DNA of 49,330 nucleotides, filler included, from Bipalium vagum (lineage: Eukaryota): assembly GCA_037834085.1 (NCBI GenBank). It is 2 parts of 2 records of this genome, joined end to end, with 100 filler letters (N's around TTAATTAATTAA, not from the genome) between each part and the next. Parts side by side here need not be neighbours in the genome. Positions count along the whole stretch, not along the records: positions 1 to 19,905 come from JBBMKC010264816.1; 1 more part is not named here. The stretch is one strand, 5' to 3'. Shown here in pieces: positions 1 to 11,887 of the stretch; the stretch's first letter is position 1; every line of letters starts with the position of its first letter. Under the pieces are notes generated by a model. That model saw only the letters and a program-made list of their open reading frames with translations, was not told the DNA's origin and did not search any database. A program made the translations under genes and the position numbers.

Positions 1-160
1 TCATTTAATTAGTTCGAACACAACCTTAAGCAACCTTCAACCGTTGAGACCTAAGACACGTTTACGCTCCAACCTTTAACATCTTTTTGCCCATCAACTT
101 AGGATCTTAACATATCTAATAATAAGAAAATATTAATCTTAATCCACTGAAAAAATTATC

Positions 161-775
161 ATGACAATTGACAAAGTACAGCCACAGTACGAAACAATTG
201 AAAGTCTATGCGATGCATTCAATGTTAACAAGGATTACGCAAACGACTTACAAAAGAATTTTTTTGAAACAGGTACACTGGACAGAAAGAGTGGTTCAGG
301 AAGAAAGCATATCGAAGGATATGTTGACAAACATATCCTGTAGTCGGTGAAAAACACAGTCACTACTCAGTAAAGATAATCCAACAATGATTCTCACAGC
401 TATTGCGAAGCCTGATCTTGAAAATTGATTTAATGAATTAAATGGTATCTGGAGAATTCAGAAAGATATAGAGGCCCAGCGTTCTTCGAAAAATCATCAT
501 AAGTGTGACTCATATAAAATTGATTGCAAAATAACGGCAGATAGTTTTTAAGACATAATGAACATTGAAGTTATGCCTACGATTTGAAATAAAATGCAAT
601 TGTGACAATGCTCGTCCACATATTGGAAAGAATAATGTTGAATGCTTCAATGACTTCGTAGATATTCTTGTTCCCAGCATAACGACTTTTAACCAACCAG
701 CAGTCTCCAGATTTAAACACAAACGACATTCGTTTTTTTCGTCTTTCATTAAGCGAGTTCTTAGGAATAAATAGA
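161..775 (+). mobile_element. Degraded Tc1/mariner-superfamily (maT/rosa-like) transposase remnant
   Basis: KNFFETGTLDRKSGSGRK resembles the HTH-linker motif (KFxETGSxxDxxRSGRP); CDNARPH at about 600-620 resembles the second catalytic-D motif. Broken by stops and frameshifts. Confidence 0.6.
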
Positions 776-1023
776 AATGTTGACTTTATTTTTGAGAGCA
801 AATTTCAGATAGTAACAGAAATTATAAAACAGAAAGGTTAAAATGTACCACATTCGTTGTAATAAACTTTGTTAACATTATTTGTCTTATTTTATTATAA
901 TTATTTTTAACAAATCTGATTTCTTTATGATACGGAGTAAGTATATAAATTTAAATGAAGTTAGAGATTTGATATTTTAATTTCATTTGAATTTCTATAA
1001 TCTTTTGATTCTGGTCGACAAAA

Positions 1024-1215
1024 GATTTTTATAAAAGTACAATGAACTACCAAGGATATGAATACCTCACAGAACTATCGAGGGTATTTTTCAATTCGGT
1101 ATCAAACCAGCATGAATGCATAGGGTTTAGAAATTGTTTTTCAGTCTACTAGGTACAGTCATGAATCAAGTCTAAAAAAATGTCAAAGCAAATGCTGTTC
1201 TTGAGAAAATAAAAG
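1024..1215 (+). mobile_element. Possible hAT transposase C-terminal dimerisation-domain remnant
   Basis: Across frameshifts it reads DFYKS..YEYLTELSRVFF / IKPA..V*KLFFSLLGTVMN / SKQMLFLRK, like the hAT pattern FW..YPxLxxLA..PASS..ERxFS..G..+..L+FL. Confidence 0.35.
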
Positions 1216-2150
1216 AACTAGATGGGAACCAAAGAAAATCATTGGACTAGTTTTGCTGAATGTAAATGTGAGCCAAAACTTAAAGAATGCATGCCTAAAA
1301 GAATAAATATACAGAAAAAAATGAGGAACACACTGAAAACTACATTACTCAAATCCTCAGGATGACTGTAAAAAGACGAAAAAATCAGTAGGAAAAATTC
1401 ACTGAAGTTTTTTATTTGATTTAATCGAATTTTTATTTCAGGGCGTTTCCGGAAATGATGTAGTAAAGTTTATAGAAATGATTAAGTCATAAAATTTTTG
1501 ATAAATCGTCAAATGGGCTATTAATAGAAATTTAAAATTTAAAAACGAAAGGAAGAATTAAAATTAAAAATATAGAACAATGTAAATACGAATAAAAATA
1601 GACCTGAATAATAATTAGGCGTATTCATAGATGAAAATGAACAGTGCAAAATATGAAGAAAAGAATGTTTGGTAGAACCGATTAAGTTGAAATGAATCTT
1701 GTTTGAGAACATACTCATTTTTAATCAAATTATTAGAAAAGATCACAAAGAAATTTATTATTTTAAGAAAAAAAGATTGTTAAAGGAAGATCTTCATATT
1801 TAAGATGTAGGTAAGCAGGAAGTCTCAAAAGAATAATATGGAAATCTCGGAGAAATTAAAAGGTGAACTTTTTCCCGATCATTTGAAAGAATCTGTGTAG
1901 AGAACCTTTTAATTAGAGATTTAGAATATGAATAAATACCTTTCTATAACACAGATATGAAGAATCTGATATTTTTTTAATTAAGTGGTATATTACTTCA
2001 TGATTCATAATTATTTTTGATTTGCTAATATATAATTTAATGTTCACTTTAAACCAATTTCTTTAATTTATGATTTTATTACTTTTTAAGAAAAAATTAA
2101 AAGGAGTAAATTCATTCCTCTCTTAAATTAATCATAAGTGATTGCCTTAC

Positions 2151-2444
2151 CAATTATCTTTAATTTAAGATATCTTTTCGTGACTGGCTGACCATTCCAT
2201 TTTGCAACACAATTATAAGTTATATCCATACTTGTGTCAGATATTATTTCGAGAAATTGCGAAACTTCATCTGAACTTTTATATATAGTTTTCTGCAACT
2301 GAAAACTAGAACATAAAGGACATTGCCACTCCACAGTGTATGTTAGATCTTTAGTCGTACAATCATAAACAAAGCCTTTCATTTGAAAATGTGTAGATTT
2401 TGAAAATTCAGGGAAAACAGTTTGAATATAAATCAACTTAGATT
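2151..2444 (-). CDS. Exon C of multi-Ig-domain protein (Ig-like domain)
   Basis: Acceptor tataatttAG (2447-2445), donor G|GTAAGG (2150); 294 nt, phase 1-1. Translation has the Ig pattern VYDCTT...VEW(QCPLC)...FLEI...DITYNCVAK...YLKLKII. Confidence 0.8.
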
Positions 2445-2634
2445 CTAAATTATACAAAATCTTGTATTGAAATTCATGAACAGTAAAAAATTTATATTTA
2501 TTATTTTTCAATAAAAATTAAAAAGATGAATAAAATTTTTGAAATTTTAATGTTTATCAGACTGGTCTAAATTAACACTGGTTTATGGCATTCATACTTT
2601 CTAAATAAAACATTTATAAGAAATAATTATAATA

Positions 2635-2990
2635 AAAATTGTGGCATCATTAAGTATAACTTTCTGAAAACAGGTGATACTATTACAGCAGTTAAATATT
2701 CCCAAAATCTCGAAGAAATGCAATTTTAAATCCTGCATTGGTCAACAAAAATGGCCAAACGGTTTTGCACGACTATGCCCAGATAAATGCTGAACAGATG
2801 ACGCAACAGAAACTGAAAGAATTGGGTTTTGAAATTCTTCCTCACCAAAAATATTTTCCAGACCTCTTTTCCCCCAAGAGATTATCAAATATTTAAACAT
2901 AATGATCAATTCATGTAAAAAAACAGTTCAAAGACGGAAATATAAAATAAAACATATTTCTCATTGGCAAAAATGCATTGAAGAATAAAG
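2635..2990 (+). mobile_element. Mariner transposase 3' fragment (intronic)
   Basis: GIIKYNFLKTGDTITAVKYSQNLEEMQ, VLHDYA, QKLKELGFEILPHQKYFPDL (HPPYSPDL-like), with frameshifts. Confidence 0.85.
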
Positions 2991-3274
2991 TTTAATTTTG
3001 AAAGTTATAATGTTTTAAACAATATTTAAAATAAAATTATACATTAATAAAATATAAAAGTGAAAAATTTGGAAAAATAATTTTTTAGAGATGTTTATCA
3101 TTCCTACTATTTTTTTGACTCAATTATAAAATGAAGTACTCAATTTTCAAATTTTTTACTAAGTTTATTAATTTTGTTTTCACAATGAAAAATATTCATG
3201 AATATGAATATTTTTAGATAAATATTTTTCAGTAAATATAAAAATTATAATTTAAATGATTAAGTGATGTATAC

Positions 3275-3553
3275 CTGATAATTTTAATTCTAATGGAGTT
3301 CTTAAATACTTTTCTGTTGATTGACACACAACGTAATAACAACACTCTAAATTGAAATTGTTAGGTAAGCTGACAGATGAATTATCCTCGACATTTAAAA
3401 GGACATTTTTAGATACAAATTCTGATATAGGAAATTGTACGTTGGCATTATAAAATAAATATATCTTATCATCATGGACTTTACATCTCATGTTTTTATA
3501 TTGATTAATTAGAAAAATATTTTCTGATTTTATCAATTCTGAAACTGAATTTG
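3275..3553 (-). CDS. Exon B of multi-Ig-domain protein (divergent Ig-like domain)
   Basis: Acceptor ttatttCAG (3556-3554), donor G|GTATAC (3274); 279 nt, phase 1-1, open frame. Contains MRCKV ... YYVVCQS ... LELKLS (B-, F- and G-strand-like). Confidence 0.7.
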
Positions 3554-3832
3554 CTGAAATAATAATTTATTAATCATATTGGATTTTATTGTTAATAAAT
3601 AATCGATTTAATGTTAGGTATTTTGGATATATTAAATTTCATCATATGATATTAATAAAATTTACTTCCTAATGCAAAATATTTATTGATTTAACATGAT
3701 TTCAGCTTTATTAAATCTCAATTACTGATTAATATGATTCACTCATGATGCAACACGAAAATATATCGACTATTCGTGGAAATAGTTAGTCCTTTATAGA
3801 ACGTAAAGATTGAGGCGTTCATCGCACCCAAC

Positions 3833-4452
3833 TACAGGATGTCCCAAATAGGACTGAAATTTTAACTTGGCCGTTACTTTTTCCCATTATTGTCAAAGTA
3901 CTTATTTTTTGTTTAAATATTTTTAGTAAACAGAGATTTTAAGAATGGATAAATTTTCAAAAAACCAACAAATATAAATTTTGAAAAATAATTATTTGAA
4001 TGGAACTTGTTTAGCGGCAGCTATTCGAAAATGCAATTCCTCTTTTGGTCAGCGCAATGAACCTTATCGCAAGGCGGTTGTAAATTTATTTGAGCTATGT
4101 GAGACAGTTGAAGACCGAAAATCCCCTTGACCGAATGAAGTCATAGCCGTTTTCAATCCTTCAACCTCAACTCGCTGTCGGAATCAAGAAATCAAAATTT
4201 TAAAAATCTCTCTTCAACTAATGTTGACAAAAGATTTGTACGGGTTGTGTATAGACATACCATGTCACGACCGGGTCACGGTTTGGTGCAGATTTTTGGT
4301 TAAGGAGTGATTGGATCTTCATTTTTTGAAAATACAAGTGGAAAAGTAGTCTCAATCAACGAAATTTGATATAATGAGAGTATTATCAACTTATGAAAGG
4401 AAATTGGTCAGATGGATGTGTCTGACATGTAATTTCAACAAGACGGCACCAT
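3833..4452 (+). mobile_element. Internally deleted rosa/DD41D-type Tc1/mariner element
   Basis: TA-CAGGATGTCCC terminus; MDKFSKNQQ.. N-terminus; RVTVWC..GVIGSSFFENTSGKVVSIN and FQQDGT motifs typical of rosa/maT transposases; truncated at a mariner insertion. Confidence 0.75.
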
Positions 4453-4462
4453 GTTGAAAAGC

Positions 4463-5560
4463 TATTAGGTCATTAAGTATGAAATGCATAACTTTGTATG
4501 GTCATTTTTAAAGTCTAATATATCTGCGAATTTTTATTCTAAAATAATAAATTTTGTTTATGCAGTTTTTGGATAATGGAAAAATTCAAAATTCGTATAA
4601 TAATGGAACATGACTTCCGTAGAAAATCCACGATAGCGCAGACCGTCCGAAACATGAAGGATGTCTTCGGTGATGATGCCCTGGAGATTTTTGCTTGGAA
4701 AATCATCCTTGGAAAAATTTAGAGGAAGATCTAAAACATCAATTTGCAATGATGAATTGAAAGCTGTCGTGGAAAAAGACCAGGGCCAAACTACCACAGA
4801 TTAAGAAACAAGATTTGGTGTTTCCGTCCCAACTATTTTGGTTCATCTGCGACAAAGTCAAAAAACTCGACCGATGGATTCCACCTGGATTGAAAAATAT
4901 CCATAAGAAAAAACGCTTCAATACATGCATATCTCTCCTTTCCCGGAGCAAGAGTGATCCATTTTTGCACCGTGTTGTTACGTGTGACGAAAAATGGATC
5001 TTCTATGACAATCGTAAGCGTTTTGCCCAATGGTTAAATGCAGATGAACCTCTTAAAACATGTCCAAGGCCGAAAATTCATCAAAAGAAACTGATGGTTA
5101 CCGTTTGGTGGACAAGTCGTAGAAACCTTTTCAGTCAATCACCACATAGCTCTAGCGCATTCAATTGGAAGAAATGTTGAAGAACCTGCAAAAACAGCCG
5201 AAATTGACCAATAGAGAAAAACCAATTCTGCCCGTCCACATGTAGCAAATCGAACTCAATTAAAAATTTTGTAGATAGATTTGGAAAAAATCGATCATCC
5301 TCTTATTCTCCAGATCTTTCACTTACAGATTATTGTTTGGACAAGGAAAAATTTTCAGTTCCACAGAGGCTGTCCAAAGTGCCTTCACTCAATTTATTGA
5401 TTCCTTCAAAAAAAAGTTTTTCAATAAAGTCATTTCCGACCTACAGACGAGAAGGCACAAGTTTATTCTTTCTGATTGTGCATACTTCCATTGATTGCCT
5501 TGTTACTTCTTAAAGATTTATTTCATAAGTGTTTTGTCTTAAATCCATACATTTCATAAT
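4463..5560 (+). mobile_element. Near full-length decayed mariner (DD34D)
   Basis: TATTAGGT..TATGAAATG left TIR; WIPPGL (WVPHEL-like), VVTCDEKW, KKLMVTVWW and HPxYSPDL motifs; frameshifted. Confidence 0.9.
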
Positions 5561-5999
5561 AATAATAATAATAATACTAAAAAGAATTGTTTTCTATTTT
5601 TAAGATGTTTCATTAATTATAATATCATATAACTGTTTTCATTGATTTTGCCAAAGCATTTAAGAAACATGTTAGCTTTATGGGCCATTAACATTACATA
5701 AAAATTCAATCACATCAGATCTTAGTCATATTTATCGCTTATGTTTTGGATGTCCACCGAGATAAATCATGGGCATCTCATGCCATTTTTTCAGTATGCT
5801 ACATTAGTTTGCATGAAAAAAACCTAGAAATCTTAGGAGAAATGAACAGTCAACATTCAAACGTAACGTGATCTTCAGAAAATTGAGTACGATTGGAAAC
5901 AAGGAAAACGAAGAAGAAACAACGGAGTAGAGCGAGAAGATGAACATCAATCAATACAACATTGTAGGGATCATAGTGAATAGTAGAGAAAAGAGGAAT

Positions 6000-7120
6000 T
6001 ACACTTTTATTAAGTTAGAAGACAATTATAAGATGTTGGCACAAAACAGGCATTAACTAAAATATCCCAAACAGAAAATTGGATTTAAAACTCGCCTTAA
6101 ATTCAAATTACTCTTCGTACTCTTTTCCCCGACGAAATTCACAGCATACTCACAAAAAATCATTAAGGTCAACGAAATCCACAATAAAATCATACTTGAA
6201 GAAGACTAACTATTCGAATCGCTAAATACAACAAAGCAACAACTCAACTCAGCCAAATGACCCAGGATCTGAACACAGCTCCTACCTCAAAACCGAGAAA
6301 ACCTATAAAACGAGCCAAACCATTGCACACATCTGTGAAAGCATGGAAACAATAAATAAAATGTGTAAATCAATGAGAATGGCTGAGAGTAAAAGAATAA
6401 ATTCAAGAAAGGAAAAGAAATATACCTCACCTCAATTGCTGGAAAGCAAACATGAAGAAAGGGGGTGATATTCCACAAAACAATGATAACAGAGCCTTTT
6501 TGTAGACAATTTTGCGGGATGTTGACCCCTACGACCAGATAATTTCGAACTATAAACTGCAGAGAACATCGACCAGAGAATTAGGTGGTTTACAAACCAA
6601 AAATCTAGCAATAGCAATAAATAAAAAACGAATCATAATTAATTCTAACCCGTGTAAAGCATATATTCCGACCTAATGCTTACACGGAACTCAAATCCAT
6701 CAAACCTCAAATTAATATTCAATAAAAACATGAAATGAACGATGGAAATACAATACATTGATGAGCCAGAAATTCAGACATGATAAAAAAGGACGACAGA
6801 CTTCACAAAAAATATATTTAATTCTTAAATCTCTCCAATAAAGACGATAGATAAACATCAACGTAGGCCTATACTTAATAAAAAGGACTGGGAATGGTAA
6901 AGATATGGAGTTTAAAATTGAACGAAACCCTCATACCTATCAATCAACGACGATGCGCAAAAATGCGTAAAAGTGGGATATATCCGTGAGAGACCACTAA
7001 AGTCTAAGAAAAAATTTCTTCATTCGAAAATCATCTTTGCAATCCGCCATATAAAACTGTAATATAAAATTTAAAATGTTCCGAAACTACAACCGAGAGT
7101 AAGTAAGCGTCTGTGTGAAT
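6000..7120 (+). mobile_element. Possible decayed non-LTR retrotransposon ORF1 (gag-like)
   Basis: A-rich, C-skewed coding-like strand with many stops; PINQRRCAKCVKVG (needs a 1-nt shift) at about 6935-6980 resembles the first CCHC knuckle of Jockey/I-type ORF1. Confidence 0.35.
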
Positions 7121-7610
7121 AACTATCACAATAGCCGTCGTCTCAAATTAGATATTTACACTTTCCAGTAAAATATGGTGTACTGGGTTGTATATCAACG
7201 TTCGATGAATATATAATCCAGTGAATTATACAAGCTCATCGAGTGCTGAGCATGTCAAACAAGCAAATGCTAAAGCTAGTCTTGAATTCTTTAAAATCTC
7301 AGTCAAATGACACGATATCAGAAATAAGGATTGAATAATTAAGCACGGCAGGCATTTCAAATATCTTAGTGGCTTAAAATTAAAATGGCTATAGAACATT
7401 TTGATAAGTATCGCAATATGAATGTAACCTGTCAACTGAACAATAGCGGAATCATTAAAATCATCAAAGCTAGATATAAAAGCACAATATTCACCCGCTA
7501 TGTTCAGAGGAAAAATGTTTGACAAATTGGCTAACCTACGTAGCGCAGGAATACTATCAAAAACAACTAACTTAAATGGTCGTCTATAAAATCAACTGGT
7601 AAATGGAAAC

Positions 7611-9917
7611 ACTAGAGTGGACAAAAAGTAAGTTGAATTTAACTTTAAAAGGTATTTGGAATTCACAATTTCTTATAATTATTTGGTTTTATGCTGGCAC
7701 ATGTCCTTCAAAATTGACAGAAATACTTGAGATTTTCTTTGTTATGATTAAAATTATACAGTGTTTTACAATTATAAAAAAATCATTATTGCGAAATTTA
7801 TTATGGATATATTAATTGAACAGCGAATATGTATAAAATATTTTTAAATAATAAAATTTCGTGCGCAGATGTATTGAAAATTTTGCAAAAGTCTTTCGGT
7901 GATGAAATAATGTCTACAAATTATTTAAAGCCTCCATGAAGTCAGTTGAACATGAACACCATTCGGGAAGACCATTAACCTCAACAAATACAGAAAATAT
8001 TAAGGAAGTCAAGGAACTTGAGCTATATAATTGCCGAATAAATCAAAGAGATCATGTACAGATTATTGGAATATCAAAAACAAGTATTCAGTCCATTTTG
8101 AAAATGATTTAGAGATGACTCGTACGTGTTGATCTTGCCAAGGATAACTATTTGAAATGCATAATTACTAGTAATTAAACATGGATCTATTCTTATGAAT
8201 CACAAACCGCGCAATAACCAATACCCAAAAGATACGTGAAGATCGATCATAAATAAAACTCATGTTAACTGTTTTCGATTACCATGGCATTGCCCACAAA
8301 GAATTTCTATCAACTGGACAAACATGTAAATAAAGATTATTATTTATATACTATGCGTCGATTACGCGAGTCAATTTGTAAAAATTGACAAGAATTATGG
8401 CAAAATATAGATTTTGCATCATGACAATGCACCATACAATAAAGGTATTTAAAAAAAGATGCCATAAACTAAAGTAGTCATTTTTTATTTTTAATAACAT
8501 ATAAATATTAAACAATAAAGTTAATATCCAGGTAGATCACCATTTAACTCGAGGCATTTAGAAATAAAACTTGGCATCGAAATAATCAAAATGACTAGGT
8601 AGCTGGTGAAAAGGGTTTCCCAGATTTCCATAACAATTCTTTCGAAATCTTCCAAGCTTGGAGGTTTTCTTTCTTCAGTCTTTTTCATCAATCCCCACAA
8701 ATTTTTGATCGGTTTCAAATTTGGTGACCAGTCCGAAACATCCCAATCATTTGCCTTAAACCAACTTCCTGTTGATTTTGATGTGTGGCACGATGCCCCA
8801 TCTTACTGAAACAAGAATCTTGGATATAAACCCACCATGGTAGGATATACCTCTGTAAGTATCTTTTGATACTTTATACTGTACCATTAAATTTGACTAT
8901 ATTTTGGACGTCCGATAGTAAGTCTTTCAGCCCATTGACCTCGTTTTTTGGTGCATAGCTGGAATTGGCTCTCATCGCTAAAACACTATCGATTCCATCT
9001 AGTAGAAGTATGATGTTCGCACCAACTGACTCGTCTTGCCTTGTGAAGCGGCGTTAAGAGTGCACGGCATTTAGATGTCATACTAGATTAGCCAGATCGA
9101 TGCAAATATTTGAGAACTATCCTGGGAGAAACTGTTTGACTTCCTTTATTTACCAATTCAATTTTTAGGTCACAGTAGGATGCGGTTGTTCGATTTCTTG
9201 TTAAAGCTGTCAATCTTCGTATATCGTTGGATTTTATAAGTCGTGAACAACACCCCCTTTTCGGTGCTCCAAGGTGAGTCCTTTTCGAAGTTTCTTCAAA
9301 TTCCAGAGGACAGACATGTGTCAATTAAGCAAGTTTTTTGACATTTCGATTACCTTTTTGGTAAAGATGTTGGAGTGTCATTAGGGTAGACTTAATTTCT
9401 AAAATATATGATTTAGTAATCAGTAATTCAATAATAATCAATGGTTCATTATTATTTAACCTGATTAGTATAATAGAGAATTTTCTGCAGTTTCATAAAC
9501 AAAAAAGAAAAGTGGAAAAAAATATTTTCAGGTATAGAAAGTTTAATTTTAAAATAGCATTACTCAGAAATTAATTTTTGCGCATATGTAATTATTTAAG
9601 AATTTTTGATGGGACATCAAACTGTTACTGCTCCTTATTCACCAGATATGGCTCCGTGTGATTTTTTTCGATTTCCTCGGCTTAAGTTGGGCATTGTGTG
9701 GAATCCTTTTCCTTCAATTCAAACCATCAAAGAGAAATCGCTGACTGCTTTGAAAGGTAGAACTGAAATAGAGTTCGAGAAATGTTTCGAAAACTGAAGA
9801 AAACTTTGAAATAAGTATCATATCGAAAGGGAGATACTTTAAAGGATACCAAATATATTTTAATGAATAAATGTATGTTTAAATTAATAATTCACCTTAC
9901 TTTTTGTCCACACCAGT
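7611..9917 (+). mobile_element. Irritans-type mariner interrupted by a Tc1 insertion
   Basis: Matching TIRs (GTGGACAAAAAGTAAGTTGAATT at about 7616 versus reverse complement GTGGACAAAAAGTAAGGTGAATT at about 9890-9912). Transposase motifs EQRICIK, SGRPLTST, KLMLTVF, LHHDNAP (to about 8435) resume as APYSPDMAPCDFF at about 9630. Confidence 0.9.
8436..9588 (-). mobile_element. Decayed Tc1 (DD34E-type) element nested in the mariner
   Basis: Minus strand: HTH region 9088-9324, VFSDESQF, FLFQ*DGASCH, WSPNLKPIKNLW, CLELNGDLPGY end; TACA-like terminus at about 9590. Confidence 0.85.
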
Positions 9918-9984
9918 ATGATTACTACTTTATTCAGAGGTTTTCGCACTAATAATCTATTGAAGAAAAAAAACTTAAACAAAG

Positions 9985-10100
9985 TTGGTAACTGTAGAAA
10001 CTACTATGAGAACGAAGAAACTGTCCTACACGCTGTGGCTGCAACTATGTAACGCCTATAGTACGAAAAAGACACAATGGTGTACGCGATATCCTAGTTA
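9985..10100 (+). mobile_element. Non-LTR (RLE-clade, R4/NeSL-like) retrotransposon C-terminal fragment
   Basis: NCRNYYENEETVLHAVAA...YEK(R)HNGVRDIL resembles the CRxCxxxxETxxH...YxxRHNxV knuckle that precedes the restriction-like endonuclease. Confidence 0.5.
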
Positions 10101-10469
10101 ACTTATTATAGACATTTAAATGTGAAATGCAAGTCGAAAGAAGATCTTAATATTTCTGAATCATATTCTGAACCTATTCTTTTTTTCAACAGATTTTTCT
10201 AATTTTAATATCTTATTGAAAAAAAAAATTATATATTTTTTAAAATATTTTATATAGATATCAATTTTTTGCATAACTTACAATGAAATTTCCATAATAT
10301 TTTTCTGTTTATTATTATTTAACTTAATAATGAGGGACATTAATTATTATAATAAAAATTCATAATTTATTTTATATCTTGATGTAAATATTTTACAAAA
10401 AACAAATTTACTATCCGGTTGCATTTATGGAATTCAAGTAGTTAAACAAATAAAATAAAATAAAAGTAC

Positions 10470-10787
10470 TTAAAATATTTATGGTTGTATTAAAAATTTC
10501 ATATTTCGAAGAAGCATTCCCATAAATTGTACAGCGTAAAAATATTTTAAATGGAGGTTTATGTTTTAAATTTTCTTTGATAGTCAATATTTCTGCCGGA
10601 TATTGATACATTATGGTTTTTGTTCTAATATCGTATAATTCAACCAAAGGATTAGCAGGATACCAAACCGAATTTGATTTTAGATTAATCTTGCTTTTAG
10701 CTTTACAGCATAATTTTTCACCAACATCAAAAGTTCTACGATCATGAGTGCCATTATTTTCACAGGTAACAGTTACATTGTAAGAAA
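10470..10787 (-). CDS. Exon A of multi-Ig-domain protein (Ig-like domain)
   Basis: Acceptor ttgttatTAG (10790-10788), donor A|GTACTT (10469); 318 nt, phase 1-1. Contains TFDVGEKLCCKA...YPANPLVELY...ILTI...FLRCTI...TTINIL and N-glycosylation sequons (NVT, NGT, NAS, NTT). Confidence 0.75.
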
Positions 10788-10899
10788 CTAATAACAAAAT
10801 AGTCTATTTAGGACATGAAAGTTATATTCAATAGTATAATTGATACTAAAAAAATAAGCTTTTTTTTATTTGAAAATTCAATAAAACTATTTTTATTTT

Positions 10900-11690
10900 T
10901 TATATACTTTTGTGTAAAATGGAACATTGCGTATATTATATCTTAGCACATATTATGATCTTCAAATTAAATATATTGTTACATATACTTTAGACACTAA
11001 ATTTATATCATTCTGCTACATGGATTCAAGCTTGTTCATGTTATATAAAAAAGGAGTGATCAAGAAACATCAGAACTTAACAAAATTAGATGGTTTTAAA
11101 AATTTTCGTGGGAAATAGTAGATTTAAAAATGAAGAGTCATGGAAAGTTACGAAAGTTATCAATGTTATCAAAAGTTATCAATAATTCCACGACACCTGA
11201 ATAAGAGGGGAAAGGTTGAAATATGGAGAAATTAGTTGATTTGATAGATTAAAGAAATCTTCATTATTAAATATGCTCGAGACTTCTGTACAACTACAGC
11301 ACTTTATTTCTTTACTGTAATGTGTGATGAGAAATATGTTTAGTATTATAACAGATGAATATCTGAAAAGTTTGAACGTAATGAATGTCCCTAATAATTT
11401 CCATAACAAAAAAGTAATTGTGAAAATTAAATTGTTTTCCACCAGTCTTAATAATCCCAACTTTCTGAATTATGGCAATGCTATTACGACCGAGAAGTAT
11501 GTCCAAGATATTAATATAATGCAGAAAAAATTGATATCATCAAACCACTTAATCAATTGAAAAACTACTATCTTCTTTATGACACAAACTTGTTTAAACT
11601 GATTTATTGAATTTTAGAGTATTTGTTCAAAATAGGTCATTATATTTGCATTAACTTAATTTCATTAAACTTTTAAGTCGTTATTTTAAA
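10900..11690 (+). mobile_element. Highly decayed mariner
   Basis: RWF*/KNFR HTH region at about 11090, VMCDEKY at about 11320, FLNYGNAITTEKYVQDINIMQKKL. Confidence 0.7.
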
Positions 11691-11822
11691 TAAATAAAAA
11701 AGAAGTTGCTTTCTGGAAGAATTTTAAATATACCATATAAAGGCGTTAGTAATTATTTATTATACAGTCCGGGAAATTCATACATATTTTTTGTTGTTAT
11801 TTTTTCTTTAAATACACATTGA

Positions 11823-11823
11823 A

Positions 11824-11886
<63 letters not shown>
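11823..11886. repeat. (AAT)n microsatellite
   Basis: About 21 perfect AAT units. Confidence 0.95.

Positions 11887-11887
<1 letters not shown>

Noticed and set aside
1800-1965. Two small possible terminal exons of the Ig gene (1940-1965 and 1800-1892, 47-nt intron) giving DSSYLCYRK-ILSNDREK..LPTS*
   Set aside because: Phases are compatible, but there is no TM or recognisable motif and such sites arise by chance in AT-rich DNA; needs transcript data.
11179-11506. Minus-strand ORFs (93 aa and 64 aa) as signal-peptide or further Ig exons
   Set aside because: They are the antisense of a decayed plus-strand mariner (CDEKY, AITTEKY motifs) and lack phase-compatible splice sites.
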